Assembly: GCA_013426185.1 (NCBI GenBank) | Contig: CP058602.1 | Coordinates: 399,123-463,122, forward strand | Length of the DNA stretch: 64,000 nucleotides | DNA from: Candidatus Woesebacteria bacterium | GTDB lineage: Bacteria; Patescibacteriota; Microgenomatia; UBA8517 | Direction: 5' to 3' | Shown here: in pieces, positions 8,502 through 19,044 of the stretch | How positions within the stretch are numbered: position 1 is the first letter of the stretch | Layout: each line of letters begins with the position of its first letter | Position numbers and translations under genes: made by a program | The notes under the pieces: model-generated | What the model was told of the DNA's origin: nothing | Database searches by the model: none | Seen by the model: only the letters and a program-made list of their open reading frames with translations

Positions 8502-11225
8502 CCATTTCTTCCCCGACCCGCACCAACAGGGATCGTTTCGGCCAATCTTTTTGGAGGAAGCCTGAACCCTTTTGACCAAAGGCTTGTCTCCACTTACCGA
8601 CTCTTTTACTTCGGGAGATTGGCTTAAGCCCATCATATCGGATGTATCAACATTAGTTTGAGCCATATCAAGCGGAATCTCCTGAGGCCTTTCCATAACA
8701 CCAATCCTAAATATTCTTCGCGTAAGTTCGTCATCAATTTTTTCGAGAAGACTTTCAAAAGAATTATAAGCTTCATTTTTAAACTCAACCAAAGGATCCT
8801 TCTGTGCGTAAGCCTGAAGCCTTACATTTTCTCTTAAGCTATCCAAATAATCTATATGTTCAATCCAAAAATGATCAATCGCAGAAAGATAAGCAAACTT
8901 GTCAATTTGGTTTGAGATATCAGTGCCATACTGCTTTACCCGCGCATCATAAACATCTTTTACAACTTTCAACAAAAACCCTCTAATCTCATTTTCTCCC
9001 TCTAATTCGCTCAATTTTTTCTTAAAAGCGTCTTTTGAGGCATCATCAAAAGGAACTATTTCCAAAAATAAAGCCAAAAGATATTCATAATCAAAACTAC
9101 CTTCCCGTTGTGAAGACAAAATAATTCTGTCAATTTTCTTCTCAAGCTTTTCAAAAACAACATCATGAAGGTCATCTGCCATCAAAACTTTCCTTCTTAA
9201 CTTATAAACAACCTCCCTTTGCTGATTAGCAACATCATCGTATTCAACTACACTCTTCCTCAAATCAAAATTGAAGCCCTCAACCTTAATTTGCGCCTGC
9301 TCAATCGCCCGCGAGACAAGCCTATTTTCTATTGGCTGGTCTTCAGGAATAGCAAGCCTATCCATCAAAGATTTGATTTGATCTCCACCAAAAATACGCA
9401 TCAAGTCATCTTCAAGAGAAAGATAAAAACGAGAGGAACCAGGGTCACCCTGCCTGCCTGAACGACCACGAAGTTGATTATCAATTCTTCTTGATTCATG
9501 CCGCTCGGTGCCAATCACATAAAGCCCCCCAAGGCTAACAACTTTGTCATGATCCTCTTGCCATTTTTTGACTTCTTTTGATTTTGCCCATTTTTCCTTG
9601 GAAACCCCAGCCGGACAATCCGGAAAAGAACCTCCTAAGACAATATCAACTCCTCGCCCAGCCATATTGGTTGCAACAGTTACTGCATGGAGTTTACCAG
9701 CATCAGCAATAATTGATGCTTCTTTTTCGTGGTTTTTGGCGTTTAGGACATTGTGGGGAATTTTCTTTCTCTTTAAGTACTGGCTTATTATTTCGTTCTT
9801 TTCAATAGAAGTCGTACCCACCAAAACTGGCTGACCCTTTTTGTATCTTTCCTCAATATCAGAAACTATGGCTCCATATTTGGCACGAAGAGTTTTGTAA
9901 ATCAAATCAGGGTGATCAACCCTAATCATTGGCTTATGAGTTGGAATAACAACCACATCAAGTTTATAAATCTTTTTGAATTCCTCAGCTTCAGTGGCTG
10001 CAGTTCCTGTCATACCTGAAAGAACCTCATACATCCTGAAGTAATTCTGAAAAGAAATAGTCGCCAAAGTCTTTGACTCCTGCTGAATAGGAACGCCTTC
10101 TTTGGCCTCAACTGCCTGATGCAAACCATCACTCCAACGCCTGCCAAACATCAGTCTTCCCGTAAACTCATCAACAATAATCACCTGATTATCTTTGACA
10201 ATATAATCTCTATCTTTCAAAAAAAGCGTCTTGGCACGAAGCGCGTTTTCAATATGATGTATGGCGTCAAAATCCTTTTCATAAAGGTTGGGAACACCCA
10301 AAAGCTTTTCTACCCTTGCAATACCATGGTCAGTTAAAGTCGCTGTTTTTGCCTTTTCGTCAATTTTAAAATCAGTATCAGGGTTTAATTTTTCAACAAG
10401 CTGAGCAAATTGATAATATTTCTGGGTTGGTTCACTATCAGGAGCAGAAATTATAAGCGGCGTTCGCGCCTCATCAATTAAAACTGAGTCAACCTCATCA
10501 ACCACGGCAAAATAATGCTCACCCAAGCCTTCCTTTCCACCAGTCTTTTTGCCAAGAGGTGATGATTGAACAATCTCATCCAAACTTTGGGCCATATTGT
10601 CGCGAAGATAATCAAAACCAAACTCATTATTGGTGCCATAGGTAATATCACACTCATAAGCCTCGCGACGAGAGGATGGCCTTAAATGTTCAAGCCTCTC
10701 ATCCCCATGGCTTTTGTCAGAATAATTAGGATCAAAGACAAAAGATTTTGACTCCTGAATAATAATACCAACCGAAAGCCCCAAGAGATTAAATGTCGGT
10801 CCATTCCAACCAGCATCGCGTCTTGCTAGATAGTCATTGACCGTCACAAGATGAGCGCCTCTTTCTTTTAAGGCACGAAGATACAAAGCAGGAACAGCAG
10901 ATAAAGTTTTTCCCTCGCCTGTTTTCTGCTCTGCCACTTTGCCTTCAAACAAGGCAACTGCCGCCATCAACTGGACATCAAAATGCCTAAGGCCAATAGC
11001 GCGAAAGGAAGCCTCACGCACTAAAGCAAAGGCTTCAGGCAAGATGGATTCCAAAGACTCGCCTTTATTAATTCTTTCTTTAAACTCCTGTGTCTTTTTG
11101 GCAAAATCCGAGTCTTTTAGCTTTTTGACCTTTGAATCGTAAGAGTTGATTTTCTCAACTACTTTGGCAAGGCGATCAACTTCTTTAGCATTTAAATCAA
11201 GCAATTTGGAAATAAATTTAAACAT
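8466..11225 (-). CDS. secA: preprotein translocase ATPase SecA
   Basis: DEAD-like motor domains throughout. C-terminal zinc finger CWCGSGKKWKKCH. Likely start is MFKFISKLL, 8 codons inside the listed ORF. Confidence 0.95.
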   Translation of the reverse strand: MFKFISKLLDLNAKEVDRLAKVVEKINSYDSKVKKLKDSDFAKKTQEFKERINKGESLESILPEAFALVREASFRAIGLRHFDVQLMAAVALFEGKVAEQKTGEGKTLSAVPALYLRALKERGAHLVTVNDYLARRDAGWNGPTFNLLGLSVGIIIQESKSFVFDPNYSDKSHGDERLEHLRPSSRREAYECDITYGTNNEFGFDYLRDNMAQSLDEIVQSSPLGKKTGGKEGLGEHYFAVVDEVDSVLIDEARTPLIISAPDSEPTQKYYQFAQLVEKLNPDTDFKIDEKAKTATLTDHGIARVEKLLGVPNLYEKDFDAIHHIENALRAKTLFLKDRDYIVKDNQVIIVDEFTGRLMFGRRWSDGLHQAVEAKEGVPIQQESKTLATISFQNYFRMYEVLSGMTGTAATEAEEFKKIYKLDVVVIPTHKPMIRVDHPDLIYKTLRAKYGAIVSDIEERYKKGQPVLVGTTSIEKNEIISQYLKRKKIPHNVLNAKNHEKEASIIADAGKLHAVTVATNMAGRGVDIVLGGSFPDCPAGVSKEKWAKSKEVKKWQEDHDKVVSLGGLYVIGTERHESRRIDNQLRGRSGRQGDPGSSRFYLSLEDDLMRIFGGDQIKSLMDRLAIPEDQPIENRLVSRAIEQAQIKVEGFNFDLRKSVVEYDDVANQQREVVYKLRRKVLMADDLHDVVFEKLEKKIDRIILSSQREGSFDYEYLLALFLEIVPFDDASKDAFKKKLSELEGENEIRGFLLKVVKDVYDARVKQYGTDISNQIDKFAYLSAIDHFWIEHIDYLDSLRENVRLQAYAQKDPLVEFKNEAYNSFESLLEKIDDELTRRIFRIGVMERPQEIPLDMAQTNVDTSDMMGLSQSPEVKESVSGDKPLVKRVQASSKKIGRNDPCWCGSGKKWKKCHYPDPGPN

Positions 11226-11468
11226 ACTCAGTGCAAAAAATATTAACAAGGTAAGTATAGCAAAGAAAACTGCTAAGTGATAATGAAGACTTAAGAAATC
11301 AAAAACAGTAGGCTAAAGGCCGTAAAAGAAAAAAGCAACCAAAGAACGCTTCTTCCTTTTTAAAAAGACGCTTTAGCCTACTGTAATTTTAAGCCAAACA
11401 AACTTAAAAGAGGTGAGGCAAACCCCTAAAAATAAGGATAAAAAAGGGTCTGCCCCACCTAATAAAAC

Positions 11469-12800
11469 TTAATACTGAGGATCAGGGTTCTCCTCACAAT
11501 ACTTCAAAATACGCCTGTGCGTCTCCTCTGGGGGAAGAAGTCTCCCTGCGCTGTCAAAGAAACAGTCTTTTTTGACTTTTTCCTGTTCCTTCCGAAGCGC
11601 CTCTGGGATTAACCTCTCGGAACGTCGGGTATAGGTTTCCAAAGGTATAACACTTATCTTTGGAAAAGGAATCTGAGGACTAGGGACGAGGCGAATTCGG
11701 GAAGTGGTATTATGATCCGCTGTCATCAGAGCAAACTGAGCTAGTGGATCCGCAGACTTGTTGCCATCTAAAACCGATACTATGTTAGTATTAGATGTAC
11801 CAAGCTTAGGATAAAAACCACCTCTTCCAACCATAGCCGCAACCCTACTTATCGCCTCAGTAGGAATTCCACCCGTAACCATTCCACCACCCGGTTCTGC
11901 TACAGCTCTAAAAGCATCAACTGCACGCGACGCGCTCTCATAAAAAGTAATACAATGGTAGTGCGCCCCAAGAACAAGGCTACGGTGGTACCCCCAAAGA
12001 AAGACCTGCCACTGAAATTCCTGCGGGACCCCCTTGGGAGCAGACCAAACTTCAACTAAGCCATGGGGGGTATTTTGGAGAAGATCTAAATAATCACTTA
12101 GGTCCTCACCACGCTCTCCCACAAAGACCAACACTGCACAAATCCTCGAGTCCTGAGTCAATTTTAAAACTTCCTTCCAGGCCTCAAGAATAAGAGTAGT
12201 TTTACCCAAGCCGCCCTCACCAAGAATATAAGTTGTTTGCCCATAACCTTGAACAGCTCCCAAAAGATAAATCATTCTCCAAGCTATACTTCCGCCTTTA
12301 TCCAGAGGGATTATCTCTTGAGGATATTCAGGCAACACTTCAAAGTCAAAAAATGGCCTATGAGAGAAAGGCTTTTGGCCATTTACGGAAGTGATACAGA
12401 CCAGATCACCCTCAACCCCCACCTCCACTTTATCCCCCATCCTCAAATTGTAATACTTCACTATAGGTGGAGGGACTTCCAAACCCCAGCTTTTCAAATC
12501 ATCCGAATTGATATCACCCTTTTTCAAAAGGTCGGCATAATCTGCAGGGTTTAGGTAGTGCGGGTAAGGGTTCGGAAGAGTCACACTCTCTCCATCAAAA
12601 GCCCAAAAACACGTGGGGCCGTCTGGCTTGACCAGGACTGCCTGAGAACTCTGGCCTATTATCTGATCAGATGGAAAAGAAGTTAAAACCCTTCGCAGGT
12701 CTTTTTCTAAAACCAAAACGGTCCTGGGAACAGGTTTATCCCCATAAAGGAGTAGCTCTTTAGGGTCAACCTCCTCCTGAATAACATAAGCAGAAATCAT
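11469..12800 (-). CDS. P-loop NTPase (GxGGxGKTT Walker A; VirB11/STAND-like, family unresolved)
   Basis: 443 aa, ILGEGGLGKTTL and a Walker-B-like VLVFVGERGED. GC-rich codon usage. RBS aaggagg upstream. Confidence 0.55.
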   Translation of the reverse strand: MISAYVIQEEVDPKELLLYGDKPVPRTVLVLEKDLRRVLTSFPSDQIIGQSSQAVLVKPDGPTCFWAFDGESVTLPNPYPHYLNPADYADLLKKGDINSDDLKSWGLEVPPPIVKYYNLRMGDKVEVGVEGDLVCITSVNGQKPFSHRPFFDFEVLPEYPQEIIPLDKGGSIAWRMIYLLGAVQGYGQTTYILGEGGLGKTTLILEAWKEVLKLTQDSRICAVLVFVGERGEDLSDYLDLLQNTPHGLVEVWSAPKGVPQEFQWQVFLWGYHRSLVLGAHYHCITFYESASRAVDAFRAVAEPGGGMVTGGIPTEAISRVAAMVGRGGFYPKLGTSNTNIVSVLDGNKSADPLAQFALMTADHNTTSRIRLVPSPQIPFPKISVIPLETYTRRSERLIPEALRKEQEKVKKDCFFDSAGRLLPPEETHRRILKYCEENPDPQY

Positions 12801-12945
12801 AGTTCCTCCTTTTTCTATTACTATTTTACCCTCGAGGACTTGGCGCTATTTTTCTTTTTGGATACGCCACGCCATAGGCTTAAAGCAAAACTTAAAGACC
12901 ATGGCATGGCGTACCCAATCGTTTGTTTGGCTTTCAAAGTGCCCT

Positions 12946-13075
12946 TCTTTAATTAAAGCTATAGAAGGCTTATCTTCCTGCTTTAAGCAAAGAAGAATTA
13001 AATTTTTAAATAAATTCTCTAGTTTTAACCAACTAACAAAAGCTAGTTGGCTAAAAAAGAGACACAGCAAGAAAG
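12946..13075. repeat. island repeat copy 1 (module 2 only), preceded by a distinct 12-bp-stem hairpin at 12862-12915
   Basis: Shares gtgcccttcttta...ccaactaacaaaagctagttggctaaaaaagagacacagcaagaaag with copies 2 and 3. Lies upstream of CDS 11469-12800. Confidence 0.8.
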
Positions 13076-13304
13076 TTAATTAAAAAGGGCGTTTACCAAA
13101 AGAAAAGGAGGATGGGAATCAAAGATCCCCATCCTCTGGGCCAAACTCAAAAATTAGAGATCCAGTAATTAATGAGACTAAGTAATATACAGAGAAAAGA
13201 AAGCACCAAAAAACTTAAAACATAAAACAAGCAAGATCGCCACACCATTGTCTTTTCAAACCTGTTGGGATCTGGCAATTCAAATCTTACATATCTTCCC
13301 ATAG

Positions 13305-13799
13305 TTACCTCAACTCCATAAACTGGCACAAAAACAAATAGTAATACCGGCGAGAAGGAAACTCTTTCCTAACTGCTGGGCCAACAATAGCAAGACTCCA
13401 ATCAAGGTAAAAAGGTATTCCAGTGGATGAAACAGCAATACTATCAACGCCAAATTCAACCAGAGCCTGTTTCGGCCAAAGGGAAGCCATCGCTTCTAAA
13501 AATCTATCCACCCAAAGAGCCAGATTACAACCCTCGTCTAAAAACTCTTCGAGAGTAATGTAGCCATTATTAGGATAGACAATAGCTCTTTCACCCTCAG
13601 GACTAGCCTCAAACCCAAGGCCTAACTTTCTAGCCTGAAAGTTAAAAGCCTCTAGAACACGATCCCTCTGATCAGGGTTGCCAAAAATCTGGACTCTAGC
13701 AAATTCTGGGGAATATCTAAATCCCCAAACAGGAAAACTCCCATCCCAGGATCCAGGAAGAAAACAATTAAACGCAGGAGCATAAATATCTGTGTCCAC
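13305..13799 (-). CDS. hypothetical protein (island)
   Basis: 164 aa, GC-rich ORF, no recognisable motif. Confidence 0.45.
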   Translation of the reverse strand: MDTDIYAPAFNCFLPGSWDGSFPVWGFRYSPEFARVQIFGNPDQRDRVLEAFNFQARKLGLGFEASPEGERAIVYPNNGYITLEEFLDEGCNLALWVDRFLEAMASLWPKQALVEFGVDSIAVSSTGIPFYLDWSLAIVGPAVRKEFPSRRYYYLFLCQFMELR

Positions 13800-13814
13800 T
13801 TTTCCTCCCTCTTT

Positions 13815-15053
13815 TTACTCCTGATCGCTCCCTACATAGATAACAGAACCAGAAGGGCCTTGGCTTTCATCAACCTCATTAGAAGATGAAGAAGTTGAAG
13901 ACGAACTAAGAACCCTGCCAGTTAACAACGAAAAGAAAGGGCCCTGCTGCCCTTGCTGCTGCTGTTCCGCCTGCAACCGTCTGGACTCATCCCTCGCTCT
14001 GAAAAGAATCTCTTTCAGACGAGAAACATCATCCATATAAGGAAGAAAATCTGTGCCGGATTTATTAATGTAGATGATTAGCAAAGCCCCAGTGCCATAC
14101 TTCCTGTACCAGAGTGAAAGGAAAAATTCCTTAAACCACCCGGTTTTGAACCTGTTTTTTACCTCCGGATCTAAATCGACTGTAACATCCTCCGGATCTG
14201 CAGCCGTCAACACATCCTGGATACCAGAGTTGACAGTCAAAGAGGTAACAGGAAGCCCTGAATGGCCACCTGAAAAAAACAGATGCTTCAAAAAAGCCCG
14301 TGTAGTCTCAGGAAGTAAAAGTATTGCTAAGACTAAAATAATGCTCCCAAAGATCCACAAGTTAAAAATACCAACAATCAAAAGAAAAACCATAAAGATC
14401 AATGGCTTGATAACAGGCATCAAGCCAAGGAGGTTCTTCCTGATCCTTAACAAGACTGAATTGTGTGTAAAGACTGTAAAAATTGTCGTCCTCCGATCCC
14501 ACTCCAGAAGGGATAACTTCACAACAAGGACCAACACTAAAAGACAAACAAGAATTATATTTGCCCCAATATTTAGAGGCAAAGGTAAAAAAAACCATAA
14601 AGCGAAAGAGATAAACCAACCCAAGATGGTAACAAGTGGCAAAAATTGCCAGTTCATCACAAAATCCACTGTCGCCACTTTTGAAGGCAGCTGACGGTGG
14701 AATAAAATCTCACGATCTCGAGCGCGATAAACTAACTTGTCTTCTTTGGGAAGCCAGAAAAAACTAAATAGCCGGAGAAGAAAACCAGGTTTCTCCTCCG
14801 ACCCGACCGCAATTTTGGAAAAGATGGAATACAACAATATTACAGCCGCTAAAGTAGCAAGGCTGTAAAAAATGTAATATCCCGCTCTTCCAAAATCGAT
14901 CTGAAATTCAGGAAGACCAAAACTTACAAGGTCTATCCCAAAAAGGCTTAGCATAAAAAGGTAACCCAAAGCGGCTACCAAAACAAAAACCAAGGCCAAT
15001 ATAGCCCCTAAAAAATTCTTTCCTTCCATAGATCTCTCCCTTCCGAAAAACAA
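13815..15053 (-). CDS. polytopic membrane protein (island), C-terminal Q/S-rich tail
   Basis: 412 aa, at least 6 hydrophobic helices, RBS gggagag, low-complexity QAEQQQQGQQG...SSSTSSSS tail. Confidence 0.5.
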   Translation of the reverse strand: MFFGRERSMEGKNFLGAILALVFVLVAALGYLFMLSLFGIDLVSFGLPEFQIDFGRAGYYIFYSLATLAAVILLYSIFSKIAVGSEEKPGFLLRLFSFFWLPKEDKLVYRARDREILFHRQLPSKVATVDFVMNWQFLPLVTILGWFISFALWFFLPLPLNIGANIILVCLLVLVLVVKLSLLEWDRRTTIFTVFTHNSVLLRIRKNLLGLMPVIKPLIFMVFLLIVGIFNLWIFGSIILVLAILLLPETTRAFLKHLFFSGGHSGLPVTSLTVNSGIQDVLTAADPEDVTVDLDPEVKNRFKTGWFKEFFLSLWYRKYGTGALLIIYINKSGTDFLPYMDDVSRLKEILFRARDESRRLQAEQQQQGQQGPFFSLLTGRVLSSSSTSSSSNEVDESQGPSGSVIYVGSDQE

Positions 15054-15061
15054 ATTTTTAT

Positions 15062-15320
15062 GGCTCCTCTTGTTTTTGGGTGAGCCTCGATTAATCTCCT
15101 AAACTCAAATTAGAGAATTAAGAAACTAATCAAGGCTCACCCAGATTGGTGTGGGATAATCTTCTTTCTTGCTGTGTTGTTAAAGTGCCCTTCTTTACTT
15201 AAAGAATAGAAGGCTTATCTTCCTGCTTTAAGTAAAGAAGAATTAAATTTTTAAATAAATTCTCTAGTTTTAACCAACTAACAAAAGCTAGTTGGCTAAA
15301 AAAGAGACACAGCAAGAAAG
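15062..15320. repeat. island repeat copy 2 (modules 1+2), immediately upstream of CDS 13815-15053
   Basis: Near-identical to 18647-18905. Contains a 9-bp stem gggtgagcc/ggctcaccc, a 15-bp perfect stem cttctttacttaaag/ctttaagtaaagaag, and the hairpin ccaacta..tagttgg. Flanked by cttgctgtgt/acacagcaag inverted repeats. Confidence 0.85.
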
Positions 15321-15377
15321 AAAAAAGAAGTGAAAGGACCGCCAAAAAGAAGGCTTTGAAACTTGAAAGCAGTCCTT

Positions 15378-16667
15378 TCACTTACAAAACAAAATAGAAT
15401 GGTCTTGGATATTCGAGGAGGCCTGCCTTAGCCAAACATGCGCATGGGCAGCCGTTGAATTCCCAATATTACCCACACTGCCTATTTCCCGTCCGGCTGT
15501 GACTTGGCTCCCCACGGCAAGATTTTCAGGAAAATGCAAATGCATTATCCCTAGTTCTGTACCGTTTTCCAACTTGAGGGTTAGAATAGAATTGCCCAAG
15601 CCATCATAAAACATAGCTGTGACAACCCCATTCATTGGAGTAAAAAGCGGAGTCCCATCAGAAGCTATATAATCATAGCCTTTGATGAGTCCACAGCTCC
15701 AACTTGTACCCTCACAGCCGGTGTGGTAACCTCGAGGACCAATGGTATACATGCCACCAATAAGGGGCTTGCAGTCACCATCGCCTCCAGGATTATCAAC
15801 CGGCAAACCTTCACCTGGGCTGTCATCATAGGCATAAGCAACTTTCGGAAAGATTCCAAGAAGTTGCAAAGCCTCCAAGACAATTTTTTTCCAGAACAAA
15901 GGCTTAAGAACTACACGGTTGGCCCCGGGGGTTGTTGCTATCGGCAATTTATCTCCAGTTCTACTCAGAAGCTCTGAGTAGAGCCGGTAGACAAATTCAC
16001 CCTGCGGAGGATAACGATTCCACCCCATAAACTCGTTAATAAAATTCTCCTTCCCCTTAGAATAGGCGTCATCCAGTCCTATCAGCTTGTAATAAACACA
16101 AGCCGCATAGGCTGACGCCCGCCTATCAGTTCGATCAGGGATAGGGAACACTTCCAAAAGTTCAGGGTAAAGCTCCGGGATTTGAACGGTCCAGAGCCTT
16201 TCCCATGTGGAATCTATAAACTGCCAAGTACCAATAGCAGTTGCCCTGTTTTTAGTCCTATAATTGGTATAGGAACTAGATTCACTAAAAGCAACCGCTA
16301 TGTTAAGGCGCGGATCACACCATGGGAAATGCATATAAGCCTCCCAGACCGGATCCCACACCTCAGGAGGAGCATAAAACTCTACCTCATTTCCATTCCA
16401 ATAGGTTATGGTGAATGGTTGGATAACTGTCTCTTTACCATCCACCACAACTGGAACGGAACGGATATTAAAATCCTGGACCCCCAGGAGTCCGGAAACG
16501 ACTTCTTCATAATGCTGGGGGTCCGTGTCATGATAGTAACCCAAGGATAAAACCATGGTTACTATCAAGACAAATAGGAAAAAAGGGGTATTAGCCAAAA
16601 GAAGAAGGAAGAGTTTAAGAGTCAGTTTCTTCATCCTCTTCCCCTTTCGGCTTAATACGTTCGACAA
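15378..16667 (-). CDS. bifunctional cell-wall hydrolase: lytic transglycosylase (SLT) + M23 (LytM) peptidase, VirB1/CwlT/PrgK-like
   Basis: 429 aa with signal peptide. SLT motif AFSESSSYTNY...AIGTWQFIDSTW. C-terminal M23 motifs GIMHLHF and AAHAHV. Confidence 0.75.
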   Translation of the reverse strand: MSNVLSRKGKRMKKLTLKLFLLLLANTPFFLFVLIVTMVLSLGYYHDTDPQHYEEVVSGLLGVQDFNIRSVPVVVDGKETVIQPFTITYWNGNEVEFYAPPEVWDPVWEAYMHFPWCDPRLNIAVAFSESSSYTNYRTKNRATAIGTWQFIDSTWERLWTVQIPELYPELLEVFPIPDRTDRRASAYAACVYYKLIGLDDAYSKGKENFINEFMGWNRYPPQGEFVYRLYSELLSRTGDKLPIATTPGANRVVLKPLFWKKIVLEALQLLGIFPKVAYAYDDSPGEGLPVDNPGGDGDCKPLIGGMYTIGPRGYHTGCEGTSWSCGLIKGYDYIASDGTPLFTPMNGVVTAMFYDGLGNSILTLKLENGTELGIMHLHFPENLAVGSQVTAGREIGSVGNIGNSTAAHAHVWLRQASSNIQDHSILFCK

Positions 16668-18615
16668 AACTCAGAAGGGGGTAGTGGAGATGCTGATTCA
16701 GGGTGACTACTAACTCACCTGTTTGCGGGTTTATCACCTTAGCCAGATGACCTGTGCCCTCACCCATCTTAAACAAAAAATTAAAGGATTGGACCACATC
16801 TCCAATAACTTTCTTAAAATCATCGACATTCTGGATAGCTATCCAGATACGTATGCCAGCGTTTGCCCCTTGAGTTACAAACCAGTTAATAGTTCTTGCA
16901 AGATTAACTGCCGTGTCCCAAGGCAAGCTTCCCAAGACAGGGTGATCCTTCTGCTGGTTCGCCAAGTGCGACCAGTTATCTACAACCAACAGTAGATCAC
17001 TCCCAGTCTGAGGATAAAAATCTACCATAGCCCTTTTAAGGCTATTCAGAAAGCTATCCAGATACGCAAGCCAGCCAAGAGTATTGCCGGACTTAAGTTC
17101 AAAAGCGACAGACCTCGTTGGAAAACCGTATTTCTTCCACTCTTCAACAAGCTCTACAACATGGCCTTCTGCGATTTTGCCATATTCAACATGAAGCTGC
17201 AATTGTTTCTCTCTAACCTCTTTGTCAGTCGGATTGTTGTTGCTATCCTCATTTCTGAGAACATCCAATGCATCCGGCAGAATTAACTCAAATACCTTAC
17301 CACCTTCTTCACGTATTCTAGTCGCAGCTCTATCCAAACGGCTTGCAGTCAAATCCACCCACACTACAACTCTTTTTGCCTGAGCCGCTAACACCTGCAT
17401 AATAGTGGATTTACCCGCCTTCTTTGATGGGCCCACAAACACCCACGAAGGGTACAATTTGGGATTTATTAGATAGGGGGTTCTGCCCACATGGCCAAGA
17501 ACCAATGACCCGTTCGGATCTCCAACGGGTATAATGGCCTCGGCCACTTGCTGCAAAATCCCAGAAGGAGAGACACTAGTCCATCCTCTAACAGAGTGTC
17601 TTCCAAAACGGCCAGGCAAATTCGGACCGCCAGGGAAAAAGGCGCGCCAGGCAATTTCCAGATCAGCCCCTGTAACAAGCTTCCAGTTACTGATTTCCAG
17701 TAACTTTCCGCTCATTGACAATACTGACTGAGAGTCACCCTTGCGCACTTTTAACCGCAGAAGTGGCGTAACAAAAAGAAAGGGTGTTCCTCTCTGAAAT
17801 TCGAGGCGGAGGAAAATATCAACAGGCAGCTTTAGCAACTCGGCAAAATTCTTCGAGCTGAGCTGCCCGCCATCCCAGAAATAAAACGACCATTGATTGT
17901 CTATGACAACCTGATCGTCTACGAACACCACCGACCGCGGCGATGCATAGTCTAGGTGACACGCATCACCCGTCATAGGGTCGTGGGAAATATAGTTAAG
18001 CTTCGGAGGAAGACCATAAACTAATGAATGGAGCCCTGAACCTGCATTACTACTGTTCAGGACTTTCCCTCCAAAAACACCACTAAAACGTGGTGCGAAG
18101 TTGGGAGGAACAAAAAGCCAAAGAGTTCGAGCAATGTGGATAGAACTATCATCGTTCCCCACTGCCCATCTTTTTATAGCATCCAAGAAGCTCCTCCGAT
18201 AGTCGTTTGCCCCCTCAGTCAGACGAGACAGGTTTCCAAAAAACCGGCCAAACATCAGGGGGTGGCAAGTGAGCACCAAGCGCAAGTCATAGCATCCCAT
18301 CTCGGGAAGCTTGAATAGCGCCGGCACCTCAACTACCTTGCCATTACCGGCGTCAAATGGGTAAGGAGAAAGGGTACTCCCGTCAGTAAAAACCAATACA
18401 GAGTTGGCACCGCTCTTCCCAACAAAGGTAGCTTGTATCTTGTCACCGTCAACCACTTTTGACGGTAATACCCTAAGACCACCAAATAACCAAGCGGTAC
18501 TGGTGTCCTCGTTGTGCCCATTTACCCCGACAACAGGGTCTCTAGGAGGTGGTAAAAGAGGCTGATGTCTCCCATTAAGACCCAAACGATGGAGTAAAAG
18601 CTGAAGACTATTCAT
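16615..18615 (-). CDS. P-loop ATPase, VirB4/TrbE-like (putative T4SS ATPase)
   Basis: 666 aa, mid-protein Walker A GPSKKAGKST, Walker-B-like LLLVVDNWSH (compare VirB4 DEAW), no TM helices. Family assignment is tentative. Confidence 0.5.
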   Translation of the reverse strand: MNSLQLLLHRLGLNGRHQPLLPPPRDPVVGVNGHNEDTSTAWLFGGLRVLPSKVVDGDKIQATFVGKSGANSVLVFTDGSTLSPYPFDAGNGKVVEVPALFKLPEMGCYDLRLVLTCHPLMFGRFFGNLSRLTEGANDYRRSFLDAIKRWAVGNDDSSIHIARTLWLFVPPNFAPRFSGVFGGKVLNSSNAGSGLHSLVYGLPPKLNYISHDPMTGDACHLDYASPRSVVFVDDQVVIDNQWSFYFWDGGQLSSKNFAELLKLPVDIFLRLEFQRGTPFLFVTPLLRLKVRKGDSQSVLSMSGKLLEISNWKLVTGADLEIAWRAFFPGGPNLPGRFGRHSVRGWTSVSPSGILQQVAEAIIPVGDPNGSLVLGHVGRTPYLINPKLYPSWVFVGPSKKAGKSTIMQVLAAQAKRVVVWVDLTASRLDRAATRIREEGGKVFELILPDALDVLRNEDSNNNPTDKEVREKQLQLHVEYGKIAEGHVVELVEEWKKYGFPTRSVAFELKSGNTLGWLAYLDSFLNSLKRAMVDFYPQTGSDLLLVVDNWSHLANQQKDHPVLGSLPWDTAVNLARTINWFVTQGANAGIRIWIAIQNVDDFKKVIGDVVQSFNFLFKMGEGTGHLAKVINPQTGELVVTLNQHLHYPLLSFVERIKPKGEEDEETDS

Positions 18616-18646
18616 AAAACTCTCCTTTCCGAAAAAAAATTTTACT

Positions 18647-18905
18647 GGCTCCTCTTGTTTTTGGGTGAGCCTCGATTAATCTCCTAAACTCAAATCTAGA
18701 GAATTAAGAAACTAATCAAGGCTCACCCAGATTGGTGTGGGATAATCTTCTTTCTTGCTGTGTTGTTAAAGTGCCCTTCTTTACTTAAAGAATAGAAGGC
18801 TTATCTTCCTGCTTTAAGTAAAGAAGAATTAAATTTTTAGATAAATTCTCCAGTTTTAACCAACTAACAAAAGCTAGTTGGCTAAAAAAGAGACACAGCA
18901 AGAAA
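18647..18905. repeat. island repeat copy 3 (modules 1+2), immediately upstream of the VirB4-like ATPase gene
   Basis: Differs from copy 2 by only a few substitutions. Confidence 0.85.
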
Positions 18906-19044
18906 TTTTTGGATAAAAGAAAGTTAATCGGCAATTAACCAAAGCTTTTTTGGAATGCTTCAAATTAACTTTCTCAAACAAAAAAAGAGAGGATGGTAGT
19001 TCCTTGATTTGTTCCTTGAAAGAAAAGGAACTACCATCCCTCAA

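Noticed and set aside
8804-11142. Several 60-88 aa plus-strand ORFs inside secA (8804, 9219, 9568, 10119, 10939)
   Set aside because: All are antisense to the well-supported secA CDS.
12846-13070. 74-aa ORF (and the similar 60-aa ORF at 15199-15381) sharing the sequence CLFFSQLAFVSWLKLENLFKNLILL
   Set aside because: Both are translations of the intergenic repeat element. The third near-identical repeat copy at 18647-18905 has no equivalent ORF in the track, and the similarity is explained by nucleotide repeat identity. Treated as non-coding.
14074-14694. 206-aa plus-strand ORF inside the island
   Set aside because: Antisense to the 412-aa membrane-protein gene. Artefact of GC-rich, stop-poor antisense frames.
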